Positions 8,891-19,038 of a DNA stretch of 64,000 nt are shown here, one piece after another. This DNA comes from Clostridiales bacterium (GTDB lineage: Bacteria; Bacillota; Clostridia; Oscillospirales; CAG-272). The DNA lies in the NCBI GenBank assembly GCA_022793655.1, contig JAAWDG010000014.1, positions 34,636 through 98,635 of the forward strand, read 5' to 3'. Within the stretch, counting starts at the first letter, position 1, and the number at the start of each line of letters is the position of its first letter. Below the pieces are notes generated by a model. It was not told the origin of the DNA, searched no databases, and saw only the letters and a list, made by a program, of their open reading frames with translations. Both the position numbers and the translations under genes were made by a program.

Positions 8891-9805
8891 TTAAATGAGC
8901 ACAGCGGAGGTGAAAAGCAGCTCCCGCAGGGTGGCATAAATGGGGAAAAACTGGTTTTGCGGCAGGGGGTTGGTGCCCCTTCCGCATTCAATGGTGTAGC
9001 CAGGCCGGTCAAATTCCTGAATGAACCAGTCTTTGAGACCGCCGTATACGGCGCCGCCTTCAGGCTCGGTTAACTGATAACCGCACATTCTGGCTAAAGC
9101 GGCGCCGATCGCGCGGGACATGACCGGGGTGTAGCCGTTGTAATCGTAATAAATCTCTTCCCCTTGCGTGTGAAAGGAGAGCAGCATGCGAATGTCCTCG
9201 GTGCGTATGAAATTGCAAATCGCACAGGTTTCTCGTTCGCTTTCGGGATATTCACCGCTGTATTTTGTGGCGCCGGGACCAATGCCGCTCGCTATTTCAA
9301 GCTGCTTGTATTCTTCAAATCCGGCGTTGAAATTATGGTTCAAGTCAACCCCGCGTGCGTTGGCCTGCCAATGAGTGAACCCGTCCTGTGGTTGAATGCG
9401 CATGAGACGGTCATAAAGCGGATTTTCGGGTCCCGGACCGTGCAAAGACAGTTCCACGCCGTCGGGATTGAGCATGGGGACAATGTAAAGGGTTCGGTTT
9501 TCAAATAAATATTTCATGGAGAGGGAGTAAATTTTTCCGCCGTCCTCCACCCCGGCGCAGTAGTCGGCTGCATAGCGCAGCAACAGGCCGGAGGTTATAT
9601 GCTCAGAACCATGTACGCCGCCAACATAGACTAATTTTTTTTGACCATGTCCAATTTTTAAAAGGGGAATGTCTCGGCCTAAAAGGGAACGCCCTAATGT
9701 CAACCGTTCGGCAAATAAGTAAGCGGAACAAATTTTGTCTAACGAATAGTCGAGAAACGCATAGTCACAAGCATGCGAAAAATCAATTTTCAAAATCATC
9801 ACCAC
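8891..9805 (-). CDS. M14-family zinc carboxypeptidase (gamma-D-glutamyl-meso-diaminopimelate peptidase-like)
   Basis: GGVHGSEHITS (HxxE zinc site), NPDGVE, VDLNHNF and SFHTQGE motifs in the M14 order. Confidence 0.75.
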   Translation of the reverse strand: MVMILKIDFSHACDYAFLDYSLDKICSAYLFAERLTLGRSLLGRDIPLLKIGHGQKKLVYVGGVHGSEHITSGLLLRYAADYCAGVEDGGKIYSLSMKYLFENRTLYIVPMLNPDGVELSLHGPGPENPLYDRLMRIQPQDGFTHWQANARGVDLNHNFNAGFEEYKQLEIASGIGPGATKYSGEYPESERETCAICNFIRTEDIRMLLSFHTQGEEIYYDYNGYTPVMSRAIGAALARMCGYQLTEPEGGAVYGGLKDWFIQEFDRPGYTIECGRGTNPLPQNQFFPIYATLRELLFTSAVLI

Positions 9806-10016
9806 TTCATAAGTATGAGTGGTTTTTCCTAAATATACATTTGCAAAAGCGATTTGCGTGTGTTAAAATAAGAAGCAGTCATAAGGCTTGTTCTTATCAC
9901 TGAAAAGACTAAATAAATCAATTTGAAAAAAGTTTGTGGCCTGTTTAGGCTGTGTGTCAATGTAGCAGAACGATAAAATATTTGGCAGATTAGGTAAAGA
10001 AAACAAGAGGCAGGGT

Positions 10017-10709
10017 ATGAAAATAACAAAGTTTAGCATATGGTTTATGGTTTTGCCGGCTCTTTTAAGAGAGCTGCTTGTCAATCCGCTGTACCAATAT
10101 ATTAGCTATCTTGACTCCTATCAGGACGAATTTGCCCTTGCCGCGGCTGTATTGATATTTGACATTCTTTCGCGCCTTTTATCTGTTTTAGTGCTGTTCG
10201 CAGCGGCCGCCGGTATCTTGGTTTGCATGGGACACCGGCCTAAAAGGCGTTTTTTGATTCCGGCGGGTTTTTACTTGCTATTATTGGCGATGAATAAGGG
10301 CTTTGCTTATTTAACCACCTATGTGTTCACTGTGTTAGGAAAGAACAATTTTACGCTGTCTATGCTGCGCTCGATGCATGGCGATTTGTTTAGACTTTCC
10401 TTGCAGGATTTTGTCGCCGGCGCGGTGTATATGGCGCTATTTAGTTTGATTGCCTTAGCAATCGTTCGTCTTTCTGAAAAAATGCAGCGGATATGGATCA
10501 CCGTGTGTTATCTGGTGCTGCAAATGGGTTCGGCCGTGTATCTTATGATCGTGAATGTAATGGCAGCAGGCAGTCCGGCTTCTTTTTGGGATTTTGTGTC
10601 TCTGCTTTGGCCGTTTGTGCGGATTTTTGTTTTATCAGCGGCCGGATATTTATATGTAAAACGCTGTACCCGATTTCTGAATCAGAAATTGACAGGGAGC
10701 GGGTCTTAA
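10017..10709 (+). CDS. polytopic membrane protein, function unknown
   Basis: 230-aa ORF with about 6 hydrophobic segments. No recognisable motif. Confidence 0.5.
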   Translation: MKITKFSIWFMVLPALLRELLVNPLYQYISYLDSYQDEFALAAAVLIFDILSRLLSVLVLFAAAAGILVCMGHRPKRRFLIPAGFYLLLLAMNKGFAYLTTYVFTVLGKNNFTLSMLRSMHGDLFRLSLQDFVAGAVYMALFSLIALAIVRLSEKMQRIWITVCYLVLQMGSAVYLMIVNVMAAGSPASFWDFVSLLWPFVRIFVLSAAGYLYVKRCTRFLNQKLTGSGS

Positions 10710-10805
10710 AAACTGATATTTTGTTTGATGCTTGTTTGGCTGTCAACATGAAATACAGAGATTTACGTATTTTTAATAGAGTAATGTTTCCGGAGATGAA
10801 CTTGG

Positions 10806-12686
10806 ATGAAATTTCGATCAATATTTGATAAAAACCAATACACCCATGAGACAAAAAGCGCGTTTATGACGAGCGTTCTGTTTTTGTCTTTTATATTTGT
10901 CTCTTTCTTTGTGTGCGCCGCTACTGACAGTTTTAAAACCTTTCATGCGGCGAATCTTTTGTTTACCGTGCTGTGGTCCTTTTTCTTTTGCGCGTTGATT
11001 ATCGTGCTGCCCCGTCGCGCTGGGCGGATTGTGTATACAGTGCTTTATTTTTTCTTTCTGATCTATGGCTTGTCGCAGTATATCTATTATCAGATTTTTA
11101 ATAAGCTGTTCTCGTTTACGGTCATTTCGAATTTTAGTGAAGGGGCCGGTTATTTAGGCGCCAGTATCGCGTGCGTGGAACCGTTGATTGTCATGGTGTT
11201 TGCCGCCCTCTTTGCTTTGGGTGTGTATGTCATTGTGAAAATGAAAGATATTATACCGATAACCGGTTTAACGCGTGTGGCGGCGATTCCCGCAACCTTT
11301 CTGATTTTAGTGCTTTCTCAGTTTACCTTGCCCAGAACCTATGGCGAAAAGAGCAATCTTGCTGTTTGGAATTCTTTTGAGGACGCGCGGTATATTTATG
11401 ACCATTATACCGATCCGCATAAATTATTAGGGCTTTCGGGCTATTATCAGTACATGGGGCTTGATTTTTACAACTGCTTCGTGCGCCCGCTGACGGCGGA
11501 CACTGCCTCGCAGGAAGAGGAGATTGATTCCTTTTTTGCACAGTATGGAACCGAGACGAAAGAAAACGAAATGACCGGCCTGTTTGAGGGGAAAAACGTC
11601 ATATTGGTCATGATGGAAAGCATGGATGAGTTGGCCATCAGCGAAGAAAACACGCCGTCTATTTACAAAATGATGAACGAGGGCATCAATTTTACGAATT
11701 ATTATGCTTCTGTTTTTGGCGATGGCGCCACCTTTTCCAACGAATTTGTGCTAAATACCGGCGTTTATTCGCCGTCGAATGGTACGGCGGCCTATGCTTA
11801 CATTAATAATTATTTTAGCCAAAGCTTGCCGAATTTGTTTAAGAAAAAGGGCTATTCAGCCAATTCGTTTCATCATAATCACGGATGGTTCTATAACAGA
11901 ATGCTCATGCATAATGCTTTTGGTTATGATCATTACTATTCGTATTATGATTACAGCGATGATAAAGAAGAGGTCATCATTGATACTTTTTTGACGCGTA
12001 ATCCAGCGCTGATGGAGCAGCTGCTCGGGGGTGCCGGCCGGGAGGGACAGCCTTTTATGAGCTTTGTGATCAGTTATTCAGCTCATCTGCCCTATACCTA
12101 CGAGGGTGAACTTTCTGAATACGCTTTTGCCGAGTATGTATCGCCGCATGAGACGCTTGGTAAGCAAGAGGATTTAGACTGCTTAATGGCCAAAGCCCGC
12201 ATTACCGATGCGATGCTTGGCGAACTCATTGAGCAAATTGATGAAAACACGGTCGTGGTTTGTGTGGCCGACCATTTCGCATATGGCTTAGAGGAAGAAA
12301 CACTGCTTGATAAAAAAGGAGAGCAGTGGGCCCTGCGCCAGAAAGTGCCTTTCTTCATTTACACAAAAGATCCTGATTTTAAGGGCTTTGCGGTGGATAA
12401 AGTTTGTTCAAATGCTGATTTTTTGCCTACCATCGCCAATCTTTTTGCATTAGAGCTTGCCAAACCGATGATGGGGCGGGATATTTTTGATGAAGATTAT
12501 AGAGGTTATGTCATTTTTTCAAACTACTCCTATTTGACAGAGGAATTATATTGGCATGATCAAGTGATAGAAGAATATGATTCTGATTACGATGAGTCTT
12601 ATGTGCATCATATGATCGAATATTTATATAACCGCATGCGGGTGAACGATTATTTGCTTTCGACTGATTATTATAAAGGGCCGTAA
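10806..12686 (+). CDS. LTA synthase family protein (membrane-anchored sulfatase-fold enzyme)
   Basis: N-terminal multi-TM region followed by MMESMDE...FTNYYASVFGDGATFSNEFVLNTG, typical of LtaS/sulfatase-domain enzymes. Confidence 0.75.
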   Translation: MKFRSIFDKNQYTHETKSAFMTSVLFLSFIFVSFFVCAATDSFKTFHAANLLFTVLWSFFFCALIIVLPRRAGRIVYTVLYFFFLIYGLSQYIYYQIFNKLFSFTVISNFSEGAGYLGASIACVEPLIVMVFAALFALGVYVIVKMKDIIPITGLTRVAAIPATFLILVLSQFTLPRTYGEKSNLAVWNSFEDARYIYDHYTDPHKLLGLSGYYQYMGLDFYNCFVRPLTADTASQEEEIDSFFAQYGTETKENEMTGLFEGKNVILVMMESMDELAISEENTPSIYKMMNEGINFTNYYASVFGDGATFSNEFVLNTGVYSPSNGTAAYAYINNYFSQSLPNLFKKKGYSANSFHHNHGWFYNRMLMHNAFGYDHYYSYYDYSDDKEEVIIDTFLTRNPALMEQLLGGAGREGQPFMSFVISYSAHLPYTYEGELSEYAFAEYVSPHETLGKQEDLDCLMAKARITDAMLGELIEQIDENTVVVCVADHFAYGLEEETLLDKKGEQWALRQKVPFFIYTKDPDFKGFAVDKVCSNADFLPTIANLFALELAKPMMGRDIFDEDYRGYVIFSNYSYLTEELYWHDQVIEEYDSDYDESYVHHMIEYLYNRMRVNDYLLSTDYYKGP

Positions 12687-12699
12687 CAAGCATGAATAG

Positions 12700-12770
12700 A
12701 AAAGCCGCCGTTTTATTTGCCATGCGCTGTAGAGGTACAGCGTGTCGGGTGGGAACGGCGGCTTTTTGCC
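12700..12770 (+). terminator. intrinsic terminator (long-loop hairpin)
   Basis: AAAAGCCGCCGTT (12700-12712) / AACGGCGGCTTTT (12754-12766), then TTTTTG. An inner stem lies at 12726-12741. Confidence 0.55.
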
Positions 12771-12821
12771 GCGTTTTTTACGCTGCCGAGATTACCGGGA
12801 CCAACACGGCGGGCGGCTTTC

Positions 12822-12850
12822 TTGCTTCCTTACCGTGAAAGGTGTATAAT
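12822..12850 (+). promoter_or_regulatory. sigma-A type promoter
   Basis: TTGCTT (12822-12827), 17-nt spacer, TATAAT (12845-12850). Confidence 0.5.
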
Positions 12851-12858
12851 AAGAAAAA

Positions 12859-13191
12859 ATGTTTTTGGGAGAGATTTCAATGGACTTTTCCGTACCGCTT
12901 TTTTTATCTGCGTATAGCCAGCCGATCTGCGCTGTTTTTCTTTTTATGAATGTGTTTTCGTTTGCTCTTTATGGTATAGACAAGCAAAAAGCAAAGAAAG
13001 GGCTGTTTCGGATTAGAGAGCGCACGTTGTTACTCTCTTCTTTCTTTGCGGGTGCTTTGGGGGCGTTTGCGGCCATGATTGTTTTTCGGCATAAGACAAA
13101 GAAGCCTATCTTTCGATTTTTTGTCCCCCTTTGCGGGCTGGTGCAAACGGTTTTTATTCTTTGGCTGCTCTGTTTTGCCCGTTTTGGGTAA
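12859..13191 (+). CDS. DUF1294 family membrane protein
   Basis: FALYGIDKQKAKKGLFRIRERTLLLSSFFAGALGAFAAMIVFRHKTKK is the DUF1294 core. An alternative start is ATG 12880. Confidence 0.7.
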   Translation: MFLGEISMDFSVPLFLSAYSQPICAVFLFMNVFSFALYGIDKQKAKKGLFRIRERTLLLSSFFAGALGAFAAMIVFRHKTKKPIFRFFVPLCGLVQTVFILWLLCFARFG

Positions 13192-13227
13192 TACTGATAG
13201 AGAAACGCTGTTTTTTGCCGGTTGTAC

Positions 13228-13256
13228 TTGAAAAACAGGGTGGTTTAAGGTATAAT
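13228..13256 (+). promoter_or_regulatory. near-consensus sigma-A promoter of the asnS leader
   Basis: TTGAAA (13228-13233), 17-nt spacer, TATAAT (13251-13256). Confidence 0.6.
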
Positions 13257-13274
13257 AAAAAAAGACCGTTTGTA

Positions 13275-13357
13275 TAAGAAACCTGTGAATTTCTTAAAAA
13301 GTTTATCTTTTCGCCTTTACAAGCGAAATTTCGGCCAGGCCGGAACCGTTAAACTTT
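13275..13357 (+). repeat. single unit of the structured repeat family inside the asnS 5' leader
   Basis: TAAGAAA-cctgtgaa-TTTCTTA (13275-13296). Then AAAGTTTATC (13298-13307) / GTTAAACTTT (13348-13357) enclose TTTCGC..GCGAAA and TTCGG..CCGGAA hairpins. Confidence 0.5.
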
Positions 13358-13558
13358 AAAGTAACTTAAATCTCGCAGGATATACAATGCTATAGAGTTT
13401 TTTTAAAAACTTGCGGTTATCTTAGATTGCTGACACTTAGTTATATCATCCATGTGATTTATAGTGTTTACGAAAGCGAACCGGCATGTAAAATTTGAAC
13501 ATGGCTGCATGGCGTTTTTATCCGCAGACCATGTATGGGAAAGAGGATAGGATTTTAC

Positions 13559-14950
13559 ATGAACAAAATCGAGATTGAAAAGCTGTATCGCTCGCCGGAT
13601 CATTATGTCGGGCAGGTGATTACGGTGGCCGGCTGGGTGAGGAGCATACGCAGCAGCAACCAGTTTGGCTTTATTGAGCTGAATGACGGAAGCTGTTTTC
13701 GGGGATTGCAAATCGTTTTTGAAAACAGCCGGATTCCTAATTATAAAGAAGTGGCTTCGCAAAATAGCGGGACGGCTTTTGTGATTACGGGTTTGCTTAC
13801 GCTTACACCCGAGGCAAAACAGCCGTTTGAGTTACAAGCGCAATCCATTGTGATTGAGGGAGCTTCTGCGCCTGATTATCCGCTGCAAAAGAAGCGACAT
13901 TCGTTTGAATATTTGCGCACGATTGCCCATCTGCGGCCCCGTACGAATACGTTTAACGCGGTTTTTAGGGTGCGCAGCGAATGTGCTTTCGCCATTCATG
14001 AATTTTTTCATGAGCAGGGATTTGTCTATGTCCATACGCCGATTATTACGACGAGTGATTGCGAAGGCTCGTGCGATATGTTCCGTGTGACGACTTTTGC
14101 CGGGGACGGTCCGGTTTTGCCGGAGGGCGGCTTTGACTATGCCAACGATTTTTTTGGTAAAGAGGCCTATTTAACCGTGTCTGGACAGTTGGCGGCTGAG
14201 ACCTATGCCATGGCTTTTGGTAAAGTGTATACCTTTGGTCCGGCTTTTCGGGCTGAACATTCCAATACCCCTCGTCATGCCGCTGAATTTTGGATGGTCG
14301 AGCCGGAGATTGCGTTTGCTGATTTGGCGGATGATATGCGCTTGGCTGAAGATATGCTCAAGCATATTGTCAATCATTTGCTTGCACGCTGTCCGGCGGA
14401 ACTTGCTTTTTTTAATGAGCGCATTGACCCTACACTGCTTGACAGGTTAGAAAATATCAGAAAAAATGATTTTGCCCGCATCAGCTATACCGAGGCAATC
14501 GATTTACTCAAAAAAAGTGGAGAAAATTTTGCTTATGAACCGGTTTGGGGAAATGATCTGCAAACCGAGCATGAGCGGTATTTAACCGAGAAAATAGTGG
14601 GCCGGCCGGTGTTTGTGACCGATTGGCCGAAAGAAATAAAAGCCTTTTATATGCGCTTAAATGACGATGAAAAGACCGTCGCGGCCATGGACCTGTTAGT
14701 GCCCGGGGTGGGCGAGCTTATCGGCGGTTCACAAAGGGAAGAAAGAATCGACTATTTAGCCCGCAGTTATGAGCGTTTTGGGCTTTCGAGCGAGGCGTAT
14801 GATTGGTATACGGACCTTAGAAAATACGGCAGTGCCAGGCACGCCGGGTTTGGACTTGGTTTTGAACGGCTTGTTATGTATGTAACAGGCATGAATAATA
14901 TTAGAGATGTGGAGGCATATCCGAGGACGGTAGGCAACGCGGAGTATTAA
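13559..14950 (+). CDS. asnS: asparagine--tRNA ligase
   Basis: ATG 13559 follows AAGAGGA. It has an OB-fold N-terminus ([26 protein letters not shown]) and class II motifs ([37 protein letters not shown]). Confidence 0.9.
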   Translation: MNKIEIEKLYRSPDHYVGQVITVAGWVRSIRSSNQFGFIELNDGSCFRGLQIVFENSRIPNYKEVASQNSGTAFVITGLLTLTPEAKQPFELQAQSIVIEGASAPDYPLQKKRHSFEYLRTIAHLRPRTNTFNAVFRVRSECAFAIHEFFHEQGFVYVHTPIITTSDCEGSCDMFRVTTFAGDGPVLPEGGFDYANDFFGKEAYLTVSGQLAAETYAMAFGKVYTFGPAFRAEHSNTPRHAAEFWMVEPEIAFADLADDMRLAEDMLKHIVNHLLARCPAELAFFNERIDPTLLDRLENIRKNDFARISYTEAIDLLKKSGENFAYEPVWGNDLQTEHERYLTEKIVGRPVFVTDWPKEIKAFYMRLNDDEKTVAAMDLLVPGVGELIGGSQREERIDYLARSYERFGLSSEAYDWYTDLRKYGSARHAGFGLGFERLVMYVTGMNNIRDVEAYPRTVGNAEY

Positions 14951-14952
14951 AC

Positions 14953-16239
14953 ATGAAATATGCGCAGATGACAAAAGAGCAGTTGATCGGAGAAGAGAAA
15001 CTGTTACAAGAAAAATATGATGAATATAAAGCAAGGGGTCTTTCTCTTGATATGTCCAGGGGTAAGCCGGATACCAACCAGCTTGATTTATCCATTGATA
15101 TGTTAGATATCTTAACGGGGAAAGAGGCTTGCCTTTCGGCGAATGGAACCGATTATCGGAACTACGGCTTTACCGATGGCACGCCCGAGGCAAAGGCGCT
15201 TTTTGCTGAGTTATTAGAGGTGCCGGCTGAAAATATCATTGTCATGGGCAATTCATCCCTCAGCATTATGTATGACACCATGGCCAGATGCATGCTTTAC
15301 GGCGTCCCTGGTGGGAACGGCCCGTGGTGTAAAGAAGAAAAAGTGAAATTCCTTTGTCCGAGCCCGGGGTATGACCGGCATTTTGCGGTGTGCGAGTCGC
15401 TTGGTATCGAAATGATTTGCGTCCCCATGATGCCCGATGGCCCTGATATGGATTTGGTCGAATCGTTAGTCAAAAATGACACGCAGATCAAGGGAATTTG
15501 GTGCGTGCCGAAATACTCGAATCCAGAGGGCACCACCTATTCGGATGAAACGGTCAGACGTTTTGCAAGGCTGCAATGCGCCGCGCCTGATTTCCGCATT
15601 TTCTGGGATAATGCCTATATGGTGCATGACCTTTATGAAGAGGGAGACAACCTGCTCAATTTATTTGAAGAGGCAAAGAAAGCAGGCCAGCCGGATATTG
15701 TTTATCTGTTTGCCTCTACCTCTAAAATTTCGTTCCCTGGTTCAGGCGTTGCCGTTATGGCGGCAAGCGACCGGAATATTGCGCATGTGAAATCGATTTT
15801 GCAGGTGCAGACGATTGGTTATGATAAGCTCAATATGCAGCGACACGTACAGTTTTTCAAAAATGCGGCGGGCGTAAAAGAGCATATGAAGAAACACGCG
15901 GCGCTGTTGCGTCCTAAATTTGAACTGGTGTTGGCGGCTTTTGATAGAGAGCTCGCCCCCTACGGCATTGCCGAATGGACAAAACCCAAAGGCGGCTATT
16001 TTATCTCTTTGAATTTGTCGGACGGTTGTGCGGCCAAGGTGTTTGCACTTGCCAAAGAAGCGGGTGTTACACTGACAAACGCCGGCGCGGCGTTCCCTTA
16101 TGGCAAAGATCCGAGGGACAGAAATTTGCGTATTGCCCCTACCTATCCCACCATCGAAGAGCTTGGCTTGGCGGTAGAGGTATTATGCGTGTGCTGTCGT
16201 TTGACGGCCGTGGAACAGCAACTACATAAAATGTCGTAA
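14953..16239 (+). CDS. PLP-dependent aminotransferase (class I/II, aspartate aminotransferase-like)
   Basis: 428 aa, with LDMSRGKPD..., YSNPEGTTY and STSKISFPGSGVA (the PLP-lysine region). Confidence 0.75.
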   Translation: MKYAQMTKEQLIGEEKLLQEKYDEYKARGLSLDMSRGKPDTNQLDLSIDMLDILTGKEACLSANGTDYRNYGFTDGTPEAKALFAELLEVPAENIIVMGNSSLSIMYDTMARCMLYGVPGGNGPWCKEEKVKFLCPSPGYDRHFAVCESLGIEMICVPMMPDGPDMDLVESLVKNDTQIKGIWCVPKYSNPEGTTYSDETVRRFARLQCAAPDFRIFWDNAYMVHDLYEEGDNLLNLFEEAKKAGQPDIVYLFASTSKISFPGSGVAVMAASDRNIAHVKSILQVQTIGYDKLNMQRHVQFFKNAAGVKEHMKKHAALLRPKFELVLAAFDRELAPYGIAEWTKPKGGYFISLNLSDGCAAKVFALAKEAGVTLTNAGAAFPYGKDPRDRNLRIAPTYPTIEELGLAVEVLCVCCRLTAVEQQLHKMS

Positions 16240-16255
16240 AAGAAAGGCAAAATTA

Positions 16256-17689
16256 ATGAGCAAAAATCGATATGAAAGCGCCTTTAGCAGCCGGTATGCG
16301 TCGGAGGAAATGCAGTATTTGTTTTCATCGGATATGAAATTTACTACCTTTCGCCGGTTGTGGGTGGCGCTCGCCAAAGCAGAGCAAAAATATGGCGTAG
16401 CCATAACGGATGAACAAATTGCGCAGCTCGAGGCAGCTGTAGAGGATATTGACTACGAGGCGGCCGACGCTTATGAACTCAAATTCAGGCATGATGTCAT
16501 GGCGCATATCCACGCCTATGCCGATAAGTGCCCCGATGCGGCCGGCATCATTCATTTGGGTGCCACCTCCTGCTATGTGGGGGATAACACCGATATGATT
16601 ATTATGAAAGAGGGGCTTAAATTGATCCGTAGCAAATTGCTTCGGGTTTTAGCGAATCTTTCTGCCTTTGCGCTGGAGTATAAGGCGCTGCCGGCACTGG
16701 CTTATACCCATCTTCAGCCGGCACAGCTGACAACCGTGGGCAAAAGAGCCTCGCTTTGGGCATATGAGCTGACCCTTGATTTAGATGATTTGGATTATGT
16801 GTTAGACAGCCTGTGCCTGCTCGGCTCAAAAGGTACGACCGGTACCCAGGCTTCTTTCTTGGAGCTCTTTAACGGGGACGAAGAAAAGTGTAAAAAAGCC
16901 GAAGCCTATATCGCTGAATTGATGGGCTTTTCAAAATGTGTGCCGGTTTCGGGACAAACCTATTCCCGCAAATTTGATTCACGTGTGATGAATGTGCTTT
17001 CGGGCATTGCACAAAGCGCCTATAAATTTTCAAATGATATGCGGCTGTTACAGTCGTTTAAAGAGATGGAAGAACCGTTTGAGAAAAATCAAATTGGTTC
17101 CAGCGCCATGCCTTACAAGCGCAATCCTATGCGCTGTGAGCGGATGTCGGCGCTCTCTCGCTATGTGATTGCCGATTCGGTGAATCCGGCTATTACCGCC
17201 GGCACCCAGTGGTTTGAACGCACACTTGATGATTCAGCCAATAAGCGTATTTCTATGTCAGAGGCCTTTTTGGCTGTCGATTCGATTTTGAATATCTATA
17301 CCAATGTGACCAGCGGCCTTGTGGTGTATCCGAAAATCGTTGAGCGCCGGGTCATGGCCGAGCTGCCGTTTATGGCAAGCGAAAACATCTTGATGGACGC
17401 CGTTAAACGGGGCGGCGACCGCCAGCAGCTGCACGAGCGTATCCGCGTTCACGCCATGGAGGCAGGCAAGCGGGTGAAACAAGAGGGGCTTGATAATAAT
17501 TTGATCGAGCTTATTTGCGCTGATCCGGCGTTTGGTTTGACAGAGGCCGAGGTAAAGACCCATTTGGATCCGGCCGCTTATATCGGACGCAGCGCTTCAC
17601 AGGTAGAAGAATTAGTTGGACAAGTCATTCAGCCGCTTCTTGATAAAAACAAAGACAATATGGCTGAAAATGCGGCTATTAAGGTATAA
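16256..17689 (+). CDS. purB: adenylosuccinate lyase
   Basis: RYASEEM N-terminus, GSKGTTGTQASF and GSSAMPYKRNPMRCE fumarate-lyase signature. Confidence 0.9.
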   Translation: MSKNRYESAFSSRYASEEMQYLFSSDMKFTTFRRLWVALAKAEQKYGVAITDEQIAQLEAAVEDIDYEAADAYELKFRHDVMAHIHAYADKCPDAAGIIHLGATSCYVGDNTDMIIMKEGLKLIRSKLLRVLANLSAFALEYKALPALAYTHLQPAQLTTVGKRASLWAYELTLDLDDLDYVLDSLCLLGSKGTTGTQASFLELFNGDEEKCKKAEAYIAELMGFSKCVPVSGQTYSRKFDSRVMNVLSGIAQSAYKFSNDMRLLQSFKEMEEPFEKNQIGSSAMPYKRNPMRCERMSALSRYVIADSVNPAITAGTQWFERTLDDSANKRISMSEAFLAVDSILNIYTNVTSGLVVYPKIVERRVMAELPFMASENILMDAVKRGGDRQQLHERIRVHAMEAGKRVKQEGLDNNLIELICADPAFGLTEAEVKTHLDPAAYIGRSASQVEELVGQVIQPLLDKNKDNMAENAAIKV

Positions 17690-17751
17690 AAAGTTAATTA
17701 AAGAGGCTGCCCTTTCGCGCAGTGACTCTATAAGAAAGGATCAAATATAAG

Positions 17752-19038
17752 ATGAAAACAAAAGGACAAAATATCGTTGCCTTTGTTCTCGCCATTGTGA
17801 TCATTGCATTTGTCATCTACGTGGCCGCCTTCGGCCTTGGTGATTTTGACGGCTGCTTTGATGAAGGCGGCGTGACAAAAGGGCTTGACATTGCAGGCGG
17901 AACAAGCATTATTTATTCGCCCTCTGACAATTATGATCCCACAAGTGACGAGATGAACAGTGCGATTGCGCGTCTGCGAGTTCGTCTTGACAATCTTGGG
18001 TATTCAGAGGCCAATGTGTACAGCACTTCCAGTTCCAATATCGCAAACCAGATTGTTGTGGAAATTCCCGGCGTATCGGTTGAGCAGGACGCGATTGACC
18101 AAATGGGCGCTACGGCTGAACTTACCTTTGAAGATTATGAAAACAATGTTATGTTAACCGGCAGCGATATTAAAAGCGCTGCGGCTGCCTATGGCGACCC
18201 CACCAACAGCGGCTATGATTCTTGGTATGTTTCGCTTACCCTGAACAGCGATTCAGTGGACAAGTTTGCCGAGGCAACCGAGAAGATTGCCGGTTATGCT
18301 AGCGGCAACAATGTTCTGGCGATTAAATTGGATAAAACCACCGTGCAAAGTCCCAGAGTGTCTGAAAAGCTGACAACTGAAAACGTAGTGATTACCGGTC
18401 AGTTTGATAAAGAGGACGCTGAGTATTATGCCGGTGTTATCAACGCGGGTGCGCTGCCTTTTGGGTTGAATGTAGAATCCAGCAGTGTAATTGCCGCAAC
18501 GCTTGGCTTTGATGCACTTGAAAAATGCTTGTGGGCCGGCCTAATCGGCATTGTGCTCGTCATGTTGTTTATGGTAATTCTGTATCGTATTCCTGGCTTG
18601 ATGGCCGCTTTTGCGCTTTGCGCCTATATCGGTCTTACCGGACTTGCCATCTTAGTGTTCAATGTCAATCTTTCGCTTGCTGGTATTGCTGGTATTGTGT
18701 TGGCGGTTGGTATGGCCGTTGACGCCAATGTGGTTATTTTTGAGCGAATTAAAGATGAAATACGCAAGGGCAAAACCGTGGCCGGCGCTGTCAAGGGCGG
18801 ATTCCATAACGCGTTGGGCGCGATTATCGACTCCAATGTGACTACCCTGATTGCAGCAGTTGTTTTGTATTATTTTGGAACGGGCAGCGTCAAAGGCTTT
18901 GCATTGACATTGCTCATCGGCGTGGTTCTTTCCTTCTTGACGGCTTTGTTTGTCACTAAGTTTTTCTTGGACCGCGTTGTGCGCATGGGGGCTAATAAGC
19001 CTAAGATGTTCGGTGTAAAGGAGGGTAAGAATCAATGA
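17752..19038 (+). CDS. secD: protein translocase subunit SecD
   Basis: N-terminal TM, periplasmic-type domain, and the C-terminal 5-TM block with the GLDIAGG and DANVVIFERIKDE motifs. ATGA overlap with secF. Confidence 0.9.
   Translation: MKTKGQNIVAFVLAIVIIAFVIYVAAFGLGDFDGCFDEGGVTKGLDIAGGTSIIYSPSDNYDPTSDEMNSAIARLRVRLDNLGYSEANVYSTSSSNIANQIVVEIPGVSVEQDAIDQMGATAELTFEDYENNVMLTGSDIKSAAAAYGDPTNSGYDSWYVSLTLNSDSVDKFAEATEKIAGYASGNNVLAIKLDKTTVQSPRVSEKLTTENVVITGQFDKEDAEYYAGVINAGALPFGLNVESSSVIAATLGFDALEKCLWAGLIGIVLVMLFMVILYRIPGLMAAFALCAYIGLTGLAILVFNVNLSLAGIAGIVLAVGMAVDANVVIFERIKDEIRKGKTVAGAVKGGFHNALGAIIDSNVTTLIAAVVLYYFGTGSVKGFALTLLIGVVLSFLTALFVTKFFLDRVVRMGANKPKMFGVKEGKNQ

Noticed and set aside
10493-10854. 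Overlapping ORFs 10493-10828 (+) and 10543-10854 (-) between the membrane-protein gene and the LTA-synthase gene.
   Set aside because: They overlap the 3' end of 10017-10709 and the start of 10806-12686. They have no ribosome-binding site and an implausible composition.
13235-13250. CAGGGTGGTTTAAGG resembles the GGGTGGTACC core of a T-box upstream of asnS.
   Set aside because: It lies inside the spacer of a near-consensus promoter, only ~45 nt after the preceding gene. There is no room for Stem I or a specifier loop upstream and no terminator or antiterminator pair around it.
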